A stretch of DNA of 20,000 bases from the IMG/VR virus record IMGVR_UViG_3300031998_000049; one strand, given 5' to 3'. This stretch comes from an uncultured virus (IMG/VR IMGVR_UViG_3300031998_000049) (taxonomy: Duplodnaviria; Heunggongvirae; Uroviricota; Caudoviricetes). The notes below the pieces were generated by a model that saw nothing but the letters and a program-made list of their open reading frames with translations, was not told the origin of the DNA and made no database searches. Positions 7,665-15,244 of the stretch are shown piece by piece. The position numbers and the translations under genes were made by a program. Positions within the stretch are counted from its first letter, which is position 1, and every line of letters starts with the position of its first letter.

Positions 7665-7680
7665 TTTAATTGAAAGCATT

Positions 7681-7833
7681 ATGGAAACAGCGAAAATCAT
7701 CTTTGCCATCGTGGTCGGCATCCTCTTTATCGCGTGGATAGCCATTGAGGTTGTCTTGTTGATAGCTATGGCGAAATCGGACGCGAAACCGAGCCTTGAT
7801 CCGAACGATGACATAACGGAAATTGACTTATGA
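7681..7833 (+). CDS. Small single-pass membrane protein (50 aa)
   Basis: METAKIIFAIVVGILFIAWIAIEVVLLIAMAK..., with ATGA overlap into the next gene. Confidence 0.6.
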   Translation: METAKIIFAIVVGILFIAWIAIEVVLLIAMAKSDAKPSLDPNDDITEIDL

Positions 7834-8345
7834 AACAGACACTACAAACCATCACAACCATCTGCGCCTGCCTTGTGTGCTTCATGTGCGGTTATCTGCT
7901 CGGCGCAACAAGACCGCAGGCCAAGCAAGAGGTGGAGGTCAAGCCCCGCTCGGCGGTGCAGATGCTCCGCAACCTCCATCGTGACGAACTGACCGAGTGG
8001 CAGATGCTCACGATGGCCATCTGTTACACCGAAAGCAAGTTCCACGACGAGGCGAAGGGCAAGGCCGGAGATTCGGGCCAGTTCCAATTCATCCCTGTCT
8101 ATGTAGCCGAAGTGAACCGGCTCTATGGGACAGACTACACTATCGACGATGCTTCCGACCTCGGCAAGAGCCTGGAGATGTTCAACAAGCTCCAGAACTA
8201 CTACAACCCCTCGCACGGGATCGAGGACGGCATCAAGTACCACAACAGAAGTCCTTACTATCGCAGGGCTGTCTTGGATAATCTTGAACTCATCCGGCGG
8301 TACGAGAGGACGAGAAAGGCGGTGATTAACTACAAAGCTAACTGA
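7830..8345 (+). CDS. Membrane-anchored SLT-like lytic transglycosylase
   Basis: N-terminal hydrophobic helix, catalytic Glu motif AICYTES and second motif GQFQF (GxxQ). Confidence 0.75.
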   Translation: MKQTLQTITTICACLVCFMCGYLLGATRPQAKQEVEVKPRSAVQMLRNLHRDELTEWQMLTMAICYTESKFHDEAKGKAGDSGQFQFIPVYVAEVNRLYGTDYTIDDASDLGKSLEMFNKLQNYYNPSHGIEDGIKYHNRSPYYRRAVLDNLELIRRYERTRKAVINYKAN

Positions 8346-8346
8346 T

Positions 8347-8502
8347 ATGAAGGTATTTGGATGCGAAATGCAAGGAGGTTATGCCGGAGGAATCGTGCTG
8401 GTGGCGGCGAACACGAAAGAGCAAGCCTTTGAGGTGTCCGGTCGCGGGACTTGGGGGAACAACCCCTGGGTATTCGTCTATGAATTTGAATTAGTCAAGT
8501 AG
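8347..8502 (+). CDS. 51-aa probable chimeric remnant
   Basis: MKVFGCEMQGGYAGGIVLVAANTKEQAFEV joined to SGRGTWGNNPWVFVYEFELVK. The second part resembles the C-terminus of ASCH-like phage proteins. Confidence 0.5.
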   Translation: MKVFGCEMQGGYAGGIVLVAANTKEQAFEVSGRGTWGNNPWVFVYEFELVK

Positions 8503-8505
8503 CCT

Positions 8506-8748
8506 ATGAAAGCCGGAAGAGACTATGCTTGGTATGTTTCCTATTGCTGGAGCTTCGTGTGGTATGACGCCGAGATCAGGAAATGGGTGGCAACAAGTGA
8601 TTCCGATAGCGGTAGATTCTGTTGTCGAAAGAAAGACATCAAGAAGGAAGTAAACAAACGCGTCACGGAAGAACTCGAAGGTTTAATCTACCACGACTTT
8701 GAGATTACGATTCTTGATAAGTACAGAACAACTCCTACCGAATTGTAG
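8506..8748 (+). CDS. Hypothetical protein
   Basis: 80 aa, operon packing. Confidence 0.6.
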   Translation: MKAGRDYAWYVSYCWSFVWYDAEIRKWVATSDSDSGRFCCRKKDIKKEVNKRVTEELEGLIYHDFEITILDKYRTTPTEL

Positions 8749-8750
8749 CC

Positions 8751-9038
8751 ATGCCGACGATGAACACGCAAGAAGCCATCAAGGTCTTGCAAGACCTCAA
8801 TAAGTTTCGGGACAACCCCACGGCCTTCCCGCCGCGATTCCCGGAGCCGCGACAATTCAAAGAAGCCGTCTCCGCGATTGCGGAGTATGTGCAGAACTCC
8901 ATCACCCTCACATGGGTGACTATCCGTGACCTCGCCGGGATCATCAGGGAGGTTGAGGACGAGTTTGAGACGAAAGTCCAGACGAACCCCGAACTCTGCG
9001 AGGAAGTGTTGAAACGATTTAACGAAAGAAGGAAATGA
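8751..9038 (+). CDS. Hypothetical protein
   Basis: 95 aa, operon packing. Confidence 0.6.
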   Translation: MPTMNTQEAIKVLQDLNKFRDNPTAFPPRFPEPRQFKEAVSAIAEYVQNSITLTWVTIRDLAGIIREVEDEFETKVQTNPELCEEVLKRFNERRK

Positions 9039-9199
9039 GACCTAATCGAGCAATGTGTTCTCAATGCGCGAGCTACAAGGGCTTCTGCCCTCTCTATGAG
9101 GGGGTCTGCCCCGTCTATATGCGCCGGGAAAGGACTACCCGGTGGATTGTCTGCGGCGTGGCCGCTATCATCGTAATCGTAATGTTTATCGTGCTATGA
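9035..9199 (+). CDS. Small Cys-rich membrane protein (54 aa)
   Basis: CxxC...C...C motif then a C-terminal hydrophobic helix. ATGA overlaps at both ends. Confidence 0.55.
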   Translation: MRPNRAMCSQCASYKGFCPLYEGVCPVYMRRERTTRWIVCGVAAIIVIVMFIVL

Positions 9200-9582
9200 A
9201 AGCAGAAGAATTGATGAAAGGGAACTGGGTGTTCTCGTCCAGATTGGGGCGCCCCGTTCAAATTGTTTCAGTTGGGAGTAGGGTGACCTACTACTATGGC
9301 GGCACTTTGCGCCAGGCGGAGTTGAAAGACATCGGCCCGATCCCTCTCTCCGACGAAATCTTGAAGAAGGTCAGTTCTTGTGTGGTACACCATCCCGGCA
9401 CTGGCGCGTCCGAGGAAGTCACCTACTACACCATCGAGCGGCTTGAAATCAAGCACAACACGGAAGATTGGCGGCACGAATACTTCGCTGTTGTTGGCCT
9501 TCCTTGCTATGAGTTGAAGTGGTTGCATCAGCTCCAGAACTTGATGCGCGGGTGCGGCATCGAGAAAGAAATCACCCTTTAA
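9196..9582 (+). CDS. Hypothetical phage protein
   Basis: MKAEELMKGNWV...PIPLSDEILKK...LHQLQNL, a motif set recalled from Bacteroidota phage proteins. Confidence 0.7.
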   Translation: MKAEELMKGNWVFSSRLGRPVQIVSVGSRVTYYYGGTLRQAELKDIGPIPLSDEILKKVSSCVVHHPGTGASEEVTYYTIERLEIKHNTEDWRHEYFAVVGLPCYELKWLHQLQNLMRGCGIEKEITL

Positions 9583-9592
9583 TCGAAGCAAT

Positions 9593-9817
9593 ATGGGCGA
9601 GATTTATTACAAGTCAGAAGACGGCAAGTTAACAGCAACTGTAGTACATGACCCTTTCGAGATGACTGCAGGTATGACCGAGAATGCCTTTAGGACGATC
9701 CGTGAAATCCTCCTTGCTGGGGACTATTACATTGACGAACTTGACCTCGTGGAGATCGTTATGGAGTACGAGCGCAAGACCGGGGCGCATATCCCGGATC
9801 ATTGGTTAAGAGGTTAA
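9593..9817 (+). CDS. Hypothetical protein (repeat-bounded cassette)
   Basis: 74 aa, flanked by AATCGAAGYAATATG. Confidence 0.6.
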   Translation: MGEIYYKSEDGKLTATVVHDPFEMTAGMTENAFRTIREILLAGDYYIDELDLVEIVMEYERKTGAHIPDHWLRG

Positions 9818-9828
9818 ATCGAAGTAAT

Positions 9829-10476
9829 ATGAGCAATCAAGAACAAGTAATCGAGGTCGCGGGGAAGAAGGTGGTGTTGAGGTATGCGGAGGATGGTTGT
9901 CCGAAGTGTATGTTTTACCCAGACTGCCCCAATGAGGCGTTTATGGTGTGCGCGAAATTCGATAAGCGCGGGCTGGATATGCACGAATCGGCCTACTTCG
10001 TCGAAGCGGAGCAGCCGAAGAAAACCAATGCGCTTTTCGAGGAATGCGTAAAGAACTGCGACCCGAAGGTACGGGCCGAGGTGCGGAGCAACATTGACAA
10101 GATTATTGCCGAAGAAACCCATTCCCTCCGGGAGTGGGCACAGATACTCGCAACCAACCCAGAACTCCGCGCCGAGTTCGACAAGCTCTGTCCTCCCCAA
10201 CCGATTCAAGGGAGCATCGCTCCGCAGGCAGACCTGGAGGCGGAGATTGAGCGGTGGTGGAACGATAGGTATGCCAAGCTGAAAAAGGACTACAAGTTCG
10301 ATTCAACGAGCGGCCACTACATCGACAACGAGGGTATCATCGACCTCGCCCGCCACTTCGCGGAGTGGGAGAGGGGCCGGATAGAAAAAGCCATTCGTCT
10401 CGCCTGGGGGAAGATTTCAATGAACCCCTTTGATGTCGATAGCGCGTTTGAAGAACTATTAAGTAAAGTTAAGTAA
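9829..10476 (+). CDS. Hypothetical modular phage protein
   Basis: ATG at 9829. Cys motif CxxC...C...C, and a DLEAEIERW...ARHFAEW module. Confidence 0.65.
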   Translation: MSNQEQVIEVAGKKVVLRYAEDGCPKCMFYPDCPNEAFMVCAKFDKRGLDMHESAYFVEAEQPKKTNALFEECVKNCDPKVRAEVRSNIDKIIAEETHSLREWAQILATNPELRAEFDKLCPPQPIQGSIAPQADLEAEIERWWNDRYAKLKKDYKFDSTSGHYIDNEGIIDLARHFAEWERGRIEKAIRLAWGKISMNPFDVDSAFEELLSKVK

Positions 10477-10496
10477 AGTTAAGTAAAGTTAAGTAA
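10459..10496. repeat. 10-bp tandem repeat (TTAAGTAAAG) x3.8
   Basis: Read directly. Spans the stop of the upstream gene and ends 1 nt before the next ATG. Confidence 0.9.
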
Positions 10497-10497
10497 G

Positions 10498-10680
10498 ATG
10501 AACACGATTTGTGGTAAAGACTATCTGTGCAAGAAATCGTATAAGGCCGGGAATTGCTCTTATACAAAGGGCCACACCTACCATTGTATGAGAGACGGCT
10601 ACTTGAACGATGACAACAATGTCAGCTGGTCTTGCACGGGAAGTTGGTGCGATGAAGCACTTAAAGAAGTAGAGATATGA
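10498..10680 (+). CDS. Hypothetical Cys-rich protein (60 aa)
   Basis: ORF track, ATGA overlap with the next gene. Confidence 0.55.
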   Translation: MNTICGKDYLCKKSYKAGNCSYTKGHTYHCMRDGYLNDDNNVSWSCTGSWCDEALKEVEI

Positions 10681-10859
10681 TAATTGCACAAAGAACAATG
10701 TCTTATCAGATTGGTGAATATGATTTTGATGTAGTTGCAGAAACAAAGGTATTTGAGGATTCTGCTACGGTAGCTGATATTAGGAAGTGGTATGATGAAC
10801 TGAACACACAATACCATCACTATGCAAGCCCAGAAGTTAGACTGCAATTCGAAAAATGA
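10677..10859 (+). CDS. Hypothetical protein (repeat-bounded cassette)
   Basis: 60 aa, visibly AT-richer than its neighbours, flanked by TAGAGATATGATA. Confidence 0.6.
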   Translation: MIIAQRTMSYQIGEYDFDVVAETKVFEDSATVADIRKWYDELNTQYHHYASPEVRLQFEK

Positions 10860-10866
10860 TAGAGAT

Positions 10867-11235
10867 ATGATAGTAGAAGTAATCAAGGGTGTTGAACACT
10901 CGATAGAACTGAACTTCGGTGAATCCTCCGTGTGCATCACGCCCGACGAGGCCCAGAAGCTCATTGGCCAGTTGCGGGCCGTCCTCCCCGCCCCCTCCGA
11001 TGTAGAAGAAGCGGCAAGGGGGTACGCGACAGCCCACATAAAGAGAGCGGAGTGGGTGCCGATGGACGTGGCTTTTCTCGATGGAGCCAAGTGGAAGGAG
11101 GGCCAGCTGATGAAGGACGCGGTGGAGGTGACGGTATATTATAACTTCGAGAACAGGTTGGCGGTCACAGCCCAACTTCCCGAAGATAGCCCCCACAAGT
11201 TCTGCGACAAAGTTAAACTCATAATCTTGAAATAG
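10867..11235 (+). CDS. Hypothetical phage protein
   Basis: ATG at 10867. EEAARGYA...AFLDGAKW...MKDAVE module. Confidence 0.65.
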   Translation: MIVEVIKGVEHSIELNFGESSVCITPDEAQKLIGQLRAVLPAPSDVEEAARGYATAHIKRAEWVPMDVAFLDGAKWKEGQLMKDAVEVTVYYNFENRLAVTAQLPEDSPHKFCDKVKLIILK

Positions 11236-11236
11236 T

Positions 11237-11464
11237 ATGTGGAAAGACGAACCGATAGCAAAGGATCGGCCCAAGATGGAATTTCTCTATGGCGTCTGGT
11301 CCGCGATTCAATCAATCGTAATTGATTGGGACGAGCCTACCATAGCAAGGGAAATCGCTCGTGCCAATCACATCAACAAGAAGTTGGCTGTGGAGTTACA
11401 ACAAGGGACTGAATACAAGGCTCCGGGAATGGCCGCTTTCATCCGTGAACATATTGACGAATAG
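11237..11464 (+). CDS. Hypothetical protein
   Basis: 75 aa, flanked by AATAGTATG. Confidence 0.6.
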   Translation: MWKDEPIAKDRPKMEFLYGVWSAIQSIVIDWDEPTIAREIARANHINKKLAVELQQGTEYKAPGMAAFIREHIDE

Positions 11465-11465
11465 T

Positions 11466-11558
11466 ATGATCGCACTCTTTGAAGCTATCGTCTCTTGGGT
11501 CGCAAGATGCACCAGGAGATACAACGCAAGATGTTGGATAACGAATGAGTGGTATTAA
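11466..11558 (+). CDS. Mini-protein (30 aa, repeat-bounded cassette)
   Basis: MIALFEAIVSWVARCTRRYNARCWITNEWY*, flanked by ACGAATAGTATGA. Confidence 0.4.
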   Translation: MIALFEAIVSWVARCTRRYNARCWITNEWY

Positions 11559-11569
11559 ACACGAATAGT

Positions 11570-11857
11570 ATGACCAGGAAAGAGTACAACGAGAAACAAG
11601 ACAAGTACAATGCCGCCGTCAAGGAAATCCGGCAGAAGCAGATAGACCTCGACAAAGCCTATGCGGATGATCTCGCAAAGCTGAATGGGTTGGAGGTCGG
11701 GGAATTTATCCGGGATTACCACGGAGTTCTGTATGCCTTCTATCGGGTCGAGGTGAACGCGAGTTCTCACTTCGTGTGGGGGCGGAAAATCAGGATGGAC
11801 GGGACACCGAGCTGCAATTCCCTAATCGTCTGGGGCTACAAACTCAAAGAAGAATAG
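11570..11857 (+). CDS. Hypothetical protein
   Basis: 95 aa from ATG 11570, coiled-coil-like N-terminus. Confidence 0.6.
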   Translation: MTRKEYNEKQDKYNAAVKEIRQKQIDLDKAYADDLAKLNGLEVGEFIRDYHGVLYAFYRVEVNASSHFVWGRKIRMDGTPSCNSLIVWGYKLKEE

Positions 11858-11868
11858 GAGGACAAGAA

Positions 11869-12138
11869 ATGACTATCCGAAGCCTTAATGACAAACGAGA
11901 CAGGTTGAGTATCTTCCGTCAGCCAGACGGAGATATACAAGTGACCATCATTCACGATGGAGAAACATACCGAGAGAACCACTTGCTTGGAGTTCGCGTC
12001 GGCGGCTGTGGCTCCGGCCACGATATTCCCCGACGCATTTGGTCTTTACTGAACGAGCTTGCGACCGAGTTCGAGAAGTTCGAGGACTGCAAGTATGAAC
12101 GGGATGCTTGCTACAAAGAAATGGAGGACGAGAAATGA
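11869..12138 (+). CDS. Hypothetical protein (repeat-bounded cassette)
   Basis: 89 aa from ATG 11869, flanked by GGAGGACRAGAAATGA. Confidence 0.6.
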   Translation: MTIRSLNDKRDRLSIFRQPDGDIQVTIIHDGETYRENHLLGVRVGGCGSGHDIPRRIWSLLNELATEFEKFEDCKYERDACYKEMEDEK

Positions 12139-12305
12139 AGAACGGCATCATTATAAACGGAACCGAGTACGAGGCCACTACCGCAGACAACCCTCTTAAA
12201 AGGTGCGTCAAATGTGCCTTGCGTTTGGAGTGCTTCAATGCGGGCAGAATATGCTCGATATTCAGTAACGGAATGGACATTTATTTCAAAGTGAAAGAAC
12301 AATGA
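12135..12305 (+). CDS. Small Cys4 protein (56 aa)
   Basis: MKNGIIING...CVKCALRLEC...C...YFK, ATGA overlaps at both ends. Confidence 0.6.
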   Translation: MKNGIIINGTEYEATTADNPLKRCVKCALRLECFNAGRICSIFSNGMDIYFKVKEQ

Positions 12306-12604
12306 GCAAACTGAACTACAAGACCAGCAAGGACTACAAGCGGCTCAAGGAGCTGCTGGATAAGGGGTACGAGGTGGTGTGCTTCACTACCTATGACTTC
12401 CGGTGGATGGAATGGGAAGAACACGAGCCTATGTGGACAACGGATGTCTGCACCGCCAGAAAGGATGAAAACGGGCGATATTACTTCGCCGTCCGTGGTT
12501 GTGAGTTCACATCCTATTGGCCGGGGATGCACCGCTACGCATCTTTCGAGGAAGCCTGCGCGAGCGAACGCATCGAGTTCATCGAGCCTAACGGGGAGGA
12601 ATAG
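12302..12604 (+). CDS. Hypothetical phage protein
   Basis: 100 aa with YKTSKDYKRLKELLDKG motif. Confidence 0.65.
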   Translation: MSKLNYKTSKDYKRLKELLDKGYEVVCFTTYDFRWMEWEEHEPMWTTDVCTARKDENGRYYFAVRGCEFTSYWPGMHRYASFEEACASERIEFIEPNGEE

Positions 12605-12606
12605 CT

Positions 12607-12888
12607 ATGGCAAACAAAAGAAAACCGGTCAAAGACTACCCCGTCGGGCAAGCCATCGCGGAAGCCCTTGAAAAGAAGGGCATAACGCAGTCCGAACTCG
12701 CAGCAAGGCTTAATATGAGCCCAGGGAATCTATCGGCAATACTGCACACTGGACGCGAAGTAACCTCGCGTATGCTCGTTAGGATTGCTATCGCTACCGG
12801 CCTCGATGCCTTCGAGCTGGGCCGGATGCAGTCCGACTTCGAGATAATGAAAATCGTCAATTCTATCATCGAACATAACGGGGAATAG
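12607..12888 (+). CDS. XRE/Cro-family HTH regulator
   Basis: LEKKGITQSELAARLNMSPGNLSAILHTGR HTH_3 pattern. Confidence 0.85.
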   Translation: MANKRKPVKDYPVGQAIAEALEKKGITQSELAARLNMSPGNLSAILHTGREVTSRMLVRIAIATGLDAFELGRMQSDFEIMKIVNSIIEHNGE

Positions 12889-12891
12889 AGT

Positions 12892-13071
12892 ATGAATCAA
12901 GCACAAAAACTCGCGGCAGAAAAATTCCCGCACGACAAGTTCCCTGGAGAAAAGGGGGACTCCCTCCGCTTCGCTTTCGTCGTCGGCTACGTCGAGGCAT
13001 TAAAATACGCCTCGGATGTTATCATAGACCAAATACAAGTAATAGCTAATGACATTATAACAGAAAAATAG
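12892..13071 (+). CDS. Hypothetical protein (59 aa, repeat-bounded cassette)
   Basis: MNQAQKLAAEKFP...IITEK*, read manually, flanked by AATAGAGTATGAA. Confidence 0.55.
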   Translation: MNQAQKLAAEKFPHDKFPGEKGDSLRFAFVVGYVEALKYASDVIIDQIQVIANDIITEK

Positions 13072-13074
13072 AGT

Positions 13075-13425
13075 ATGAAACGCATTCCAGATTCCTACAA
13101 AGTGGGAGGACAGACAATGCAAGTCCTCCAGGTCGAAAGATGCGAGGATAACGCCCTTGGACAATGCTACGTCTCTGCCGGTTGGGTTAAAATCGCGGAC
13201 AAGATCAACACCTATGACACCCAATCCGAAACGAGCAAGGTAAACACCTTCTATCACGAACTTGTTCATTCTATCTTGAAAACGATGTGCGAGGACAAGT
13301 TGAATGAAAACGAGAAATTCGTCTGCTGCTTCGCGTCATTTCTCTGCGAAGCTATGTCGGAGGCTCGATTCCCTGGGGGCGATAGCGAGTTGGAATTATT
13401 AATGACAAAGGAACGCAGAGTATGA
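13075..13425 (+). CDS. HExxH zinc metallopeptidase-like protein (ImmA/IrrE-like fold)
   Basis: NTFYHELVH plus a downstream Glu (NEKFV). Confidence 0.7.
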   Translation: MKRIPDSYKVGGQTMQVLQVERCEDNALGQCYVSAGWVKIADKINTYDTQSETSKVNTFYHELVHSILKTMCEDKLNENEKFVCCFASFLCEAMSEARFPGGDSELELLMTKERRV

Positions 13426-13679
13426 TTACAGAGAAAGACCTACTCAAATGGGGGTTCGAGAATACGGGAATAAGCGGACGCTGCTACGAGATTATCATTG
13501 AAAAGCACCCGGCCCTTTTCGACCTCGTGTTTTTCGACTTTAGAGAAAACAGGCTCGTCGCTTGCTACAACCGCAGCCAAGTGGAACTCTTTGGCGTGAC
13601 CACCAAGCGCAAGGCCGACCAAGCGCTTCATCTTTTGGGGCTTCCGCCCATCGACAAACTCAAAGAGATCAAGAAATGA
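13422..13679 (+). CDS. Hypothetical protein
   Basis: 85 aa, ATGA overlaps. Confidence 0.6.
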   Translation: MITEKDLLKWGFENTGISGRCYEIIIEKHPALFDLVFFDFRENRLVACYNRSQVELFGVTTKRKADQALHLLGLPPIDKLKEIKK

Positions 13680-14092
13680 AACAAACTATTATCGGAACGG
13701 CCGGAGCGCCGGACTATGTACTTATCGGTAACTTCAAGGGCGCGCCGGTCAACTTCGCGCTCCCTTTCAACGTAGAGCCAGGGACGAGAGTCGCCATCAC
13801 CTTCGAGACGATTGACCAGACGACGGGGGGTATGGATGATGCGGAACGCCGTCCGAACACGTGGGCTAAACGCCTCGAAAAGATGAAGGCCGAACAAGCG
13901 GAAGCACCGAAGCCAAAGCCGAAGCGACCCCAGACCTCATACTTCTACATCGGCAGGAAAAGCGCGAAGCCGACGGTCGTGTTCGAGGGCGTCCGCCCTT
14001 GCTGGCCCGTCCGAGCTCTCCAGGCGCTCGTCGGAATCCATTGGGCCGAAGAAGGAAAAATCTTTAGACAAATACAAACACACAAGAAATGA
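13676..14092 (+). CDS. Hypothetical protein (repeat-bounded cassette)
   Basis: 138 aa from ATG 13676, flanked by CAAGAAATGAA. Confidence 0.6.
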   Translation: MKQTIIGTAGAPDYVLIGNFKGAPVNFALPFNVEPGTRVAITFETIDQTTGGMDDAERRPNTWAKRLEKMKAEQAEAPKPKPKRPQTSYFYIGRKSAKPTVVFEGVRPCWPVRALQALVGIHWAEEGKIFRQIQTHKK

Positions 14093-14316
14093 ACACAGGA
14101 AAAGCAATCAAGACGATCCGGGAAGAGAACGGCCTGTCGCGTCCGGATCTGGCGAAGAGGGTGGGAATCACGCCTGCTTCGATCTGGAAAATCGAGGCCG
14201 GTAAAACACAGGCCAAAAACGAGACCATAGAGAGCATTTGCTTCGCGTTAAGGGTACCGCTGGCAAGATTCTACACCCTTGCGCTTGAGCCCCGCGATTT
14301 CGGCCTTATTGATTAA
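14089..14316 (+). CDS. XRE-family HTH regulator
   Basis: IREENGLSRPDLAKRVGITPASIWKIEAGK HTH_3 pattern. Confidence 0.88.
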   Translation: MNTGKAIKTIREENGLSRPDLAKRVGITPASIWKIEAGKTQAKNETIESICFALRVPLARFYTLALEPRDFGLID

Positions 14317-14321
14317 AAAAG

Positions 14322-14361
14322 AATCCCCGGCAGGGTAACCGCAAGAAACCTACCGGGGATT
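14322..14361. terminator. Probable bidirectional intrinsic terminator
   Basis: Stem AATCCCCGG.AGG/CCT.CCGGGGATT, A-run upstream and T-rich downstream, located between convergent genes. Confidence 0.75.
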
Positions 14362-14390
14362 TATAGAGCAACCAACTTGCCGGTACCGCT

Positions 14391-14792
14391 CTATTTATTG
14401 CAATGCGGGCACGAAAGCCTGCAGACTATGTCACTGACCGAACTTGCTATGTCTCCGCACAGGTATGCCATCCTCTCCGATAGCGGGTCAATTCCGTTCT
14501 CTTCAGAGATGTGCTGTGCTATGTGCACTATTTCGTGAACTATCGTGTTAAGCATCTCCGGGCCGCTGGTGGTCCCGCTTGTCGCGAATACGGTACGCCT
14601 GAGCGAGGGCTCGCTGAACGTGAAGCCCTCGTTCAGTCTACCAGAATAAACATTCTCCGACACATCGTCTATAATAGAATCGGGAGCCTTGGCCCAGAGC
14701 AGGGCGTCACGGATACTCTCCATATCGTGCCTGTCGAAGGAGAATAGGAACAAGATCGTCCATCCTGGTATGTGCACCTTTCGCGAGATCAT
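14391..14792 (-). CDS. HExxH metallopeptidase-like protein with C-terminal CxxxCxxC
   Basis: NTIVHEIVH...SERMAYLCG, ending CRLSCPHC. Confidence 0.7.
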   Translation of the reverse strand: MISRKVHIPGWTILFLFSFDRHDMESIRDALLWAKAPDSIIDDVSENVYSGRLNEGFTFSEPSLRRTVFATSGTTSGPEMLNTIVHEIVHIAQHISEENGIDPLSERMAYLCGDIASSVSDIVCRLSCPHCNK

Positions 14793-14795
14793 GTT

Positions 14796-15200
14796 CTAAA
14801 GCATATCGTCCCAAATAACGGGGATTCCGAGCGCCATCGTCTTCGCGTAGAACTCGTCAAACGCCCTTGTCTGCGATCCATCCGGATCGTCGAGGTAGTC
14901 TTTTACGAACTTGGCCAGGTGCGCCTCGTCCGTAATGGATGAACCGAAATAGTCCGCGGTGGCCATGCACCACACATACGCGCCGTCGTATCCCTTATCG
15001 TTCTTGAGTGTCACGTTGTTCGTCCGCATCTTTTCATCGAACGCGCTTTTCTCAACCGGCCGCACCTTGTCCCCAGTCCTCGTCTCCATCATTTTTACGG
15101 CCCACTCATAGAGGGGCTTGCTGAAGTGGCGCCCGTTGTAGGACAGGTATTCACGAAGCCCTCTGGGCATAGGTTCGTAATCGTCAATCCGTTCTGCCAT
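14796..15200 (-). CDS. Conserved hypothetical helical phage protein
   Basis: YLSYNGRHFSK...ADYFGSSI...YLDDPDG, recalled as a Bacteroidales phage family. Confidence 0.75.
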   Translation of the reverse strand: MAERIDDYEPMPRGLREYLSYNGRHFSKPLYEWAVKMMETRTGDKVRPVEKSAFDEKMRTNNVTLKNDKGYDGAYVWCMATADYFGSSITDEAHLAKFVKDYLDDPDGSQTRAFDEFYAKTMALGIPVIWDDML

Positions 15201-15214
15201 AATCATCCGTTTTT

Positions 15215-15236
15215 AAAAGGGCGGGTTCCCCCGCCC
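15215..15236 (-). terminator. Intrinsic terminator or attenuating hairpin inside the operon
   Basis: Minus strand GGGCGGG-GGAA-CCCGCCC-TTTT. Confidence 0.65.
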
Positions 15237-15244
15237 AAGTAATA

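Noticed and set aside
5380..8753. Recurrent TAGCC(T)ATG junctions as cassette repeats
   Set aside because: Too short and partly forced by stop plus start codons, so not counted in the main finding.
9581..14093. CRISPR array or integron attC array
   Set aside because: The repeats are short, differ between units, are separated by whole genes and lack attC palindromes. No cas or integrase gene is present.
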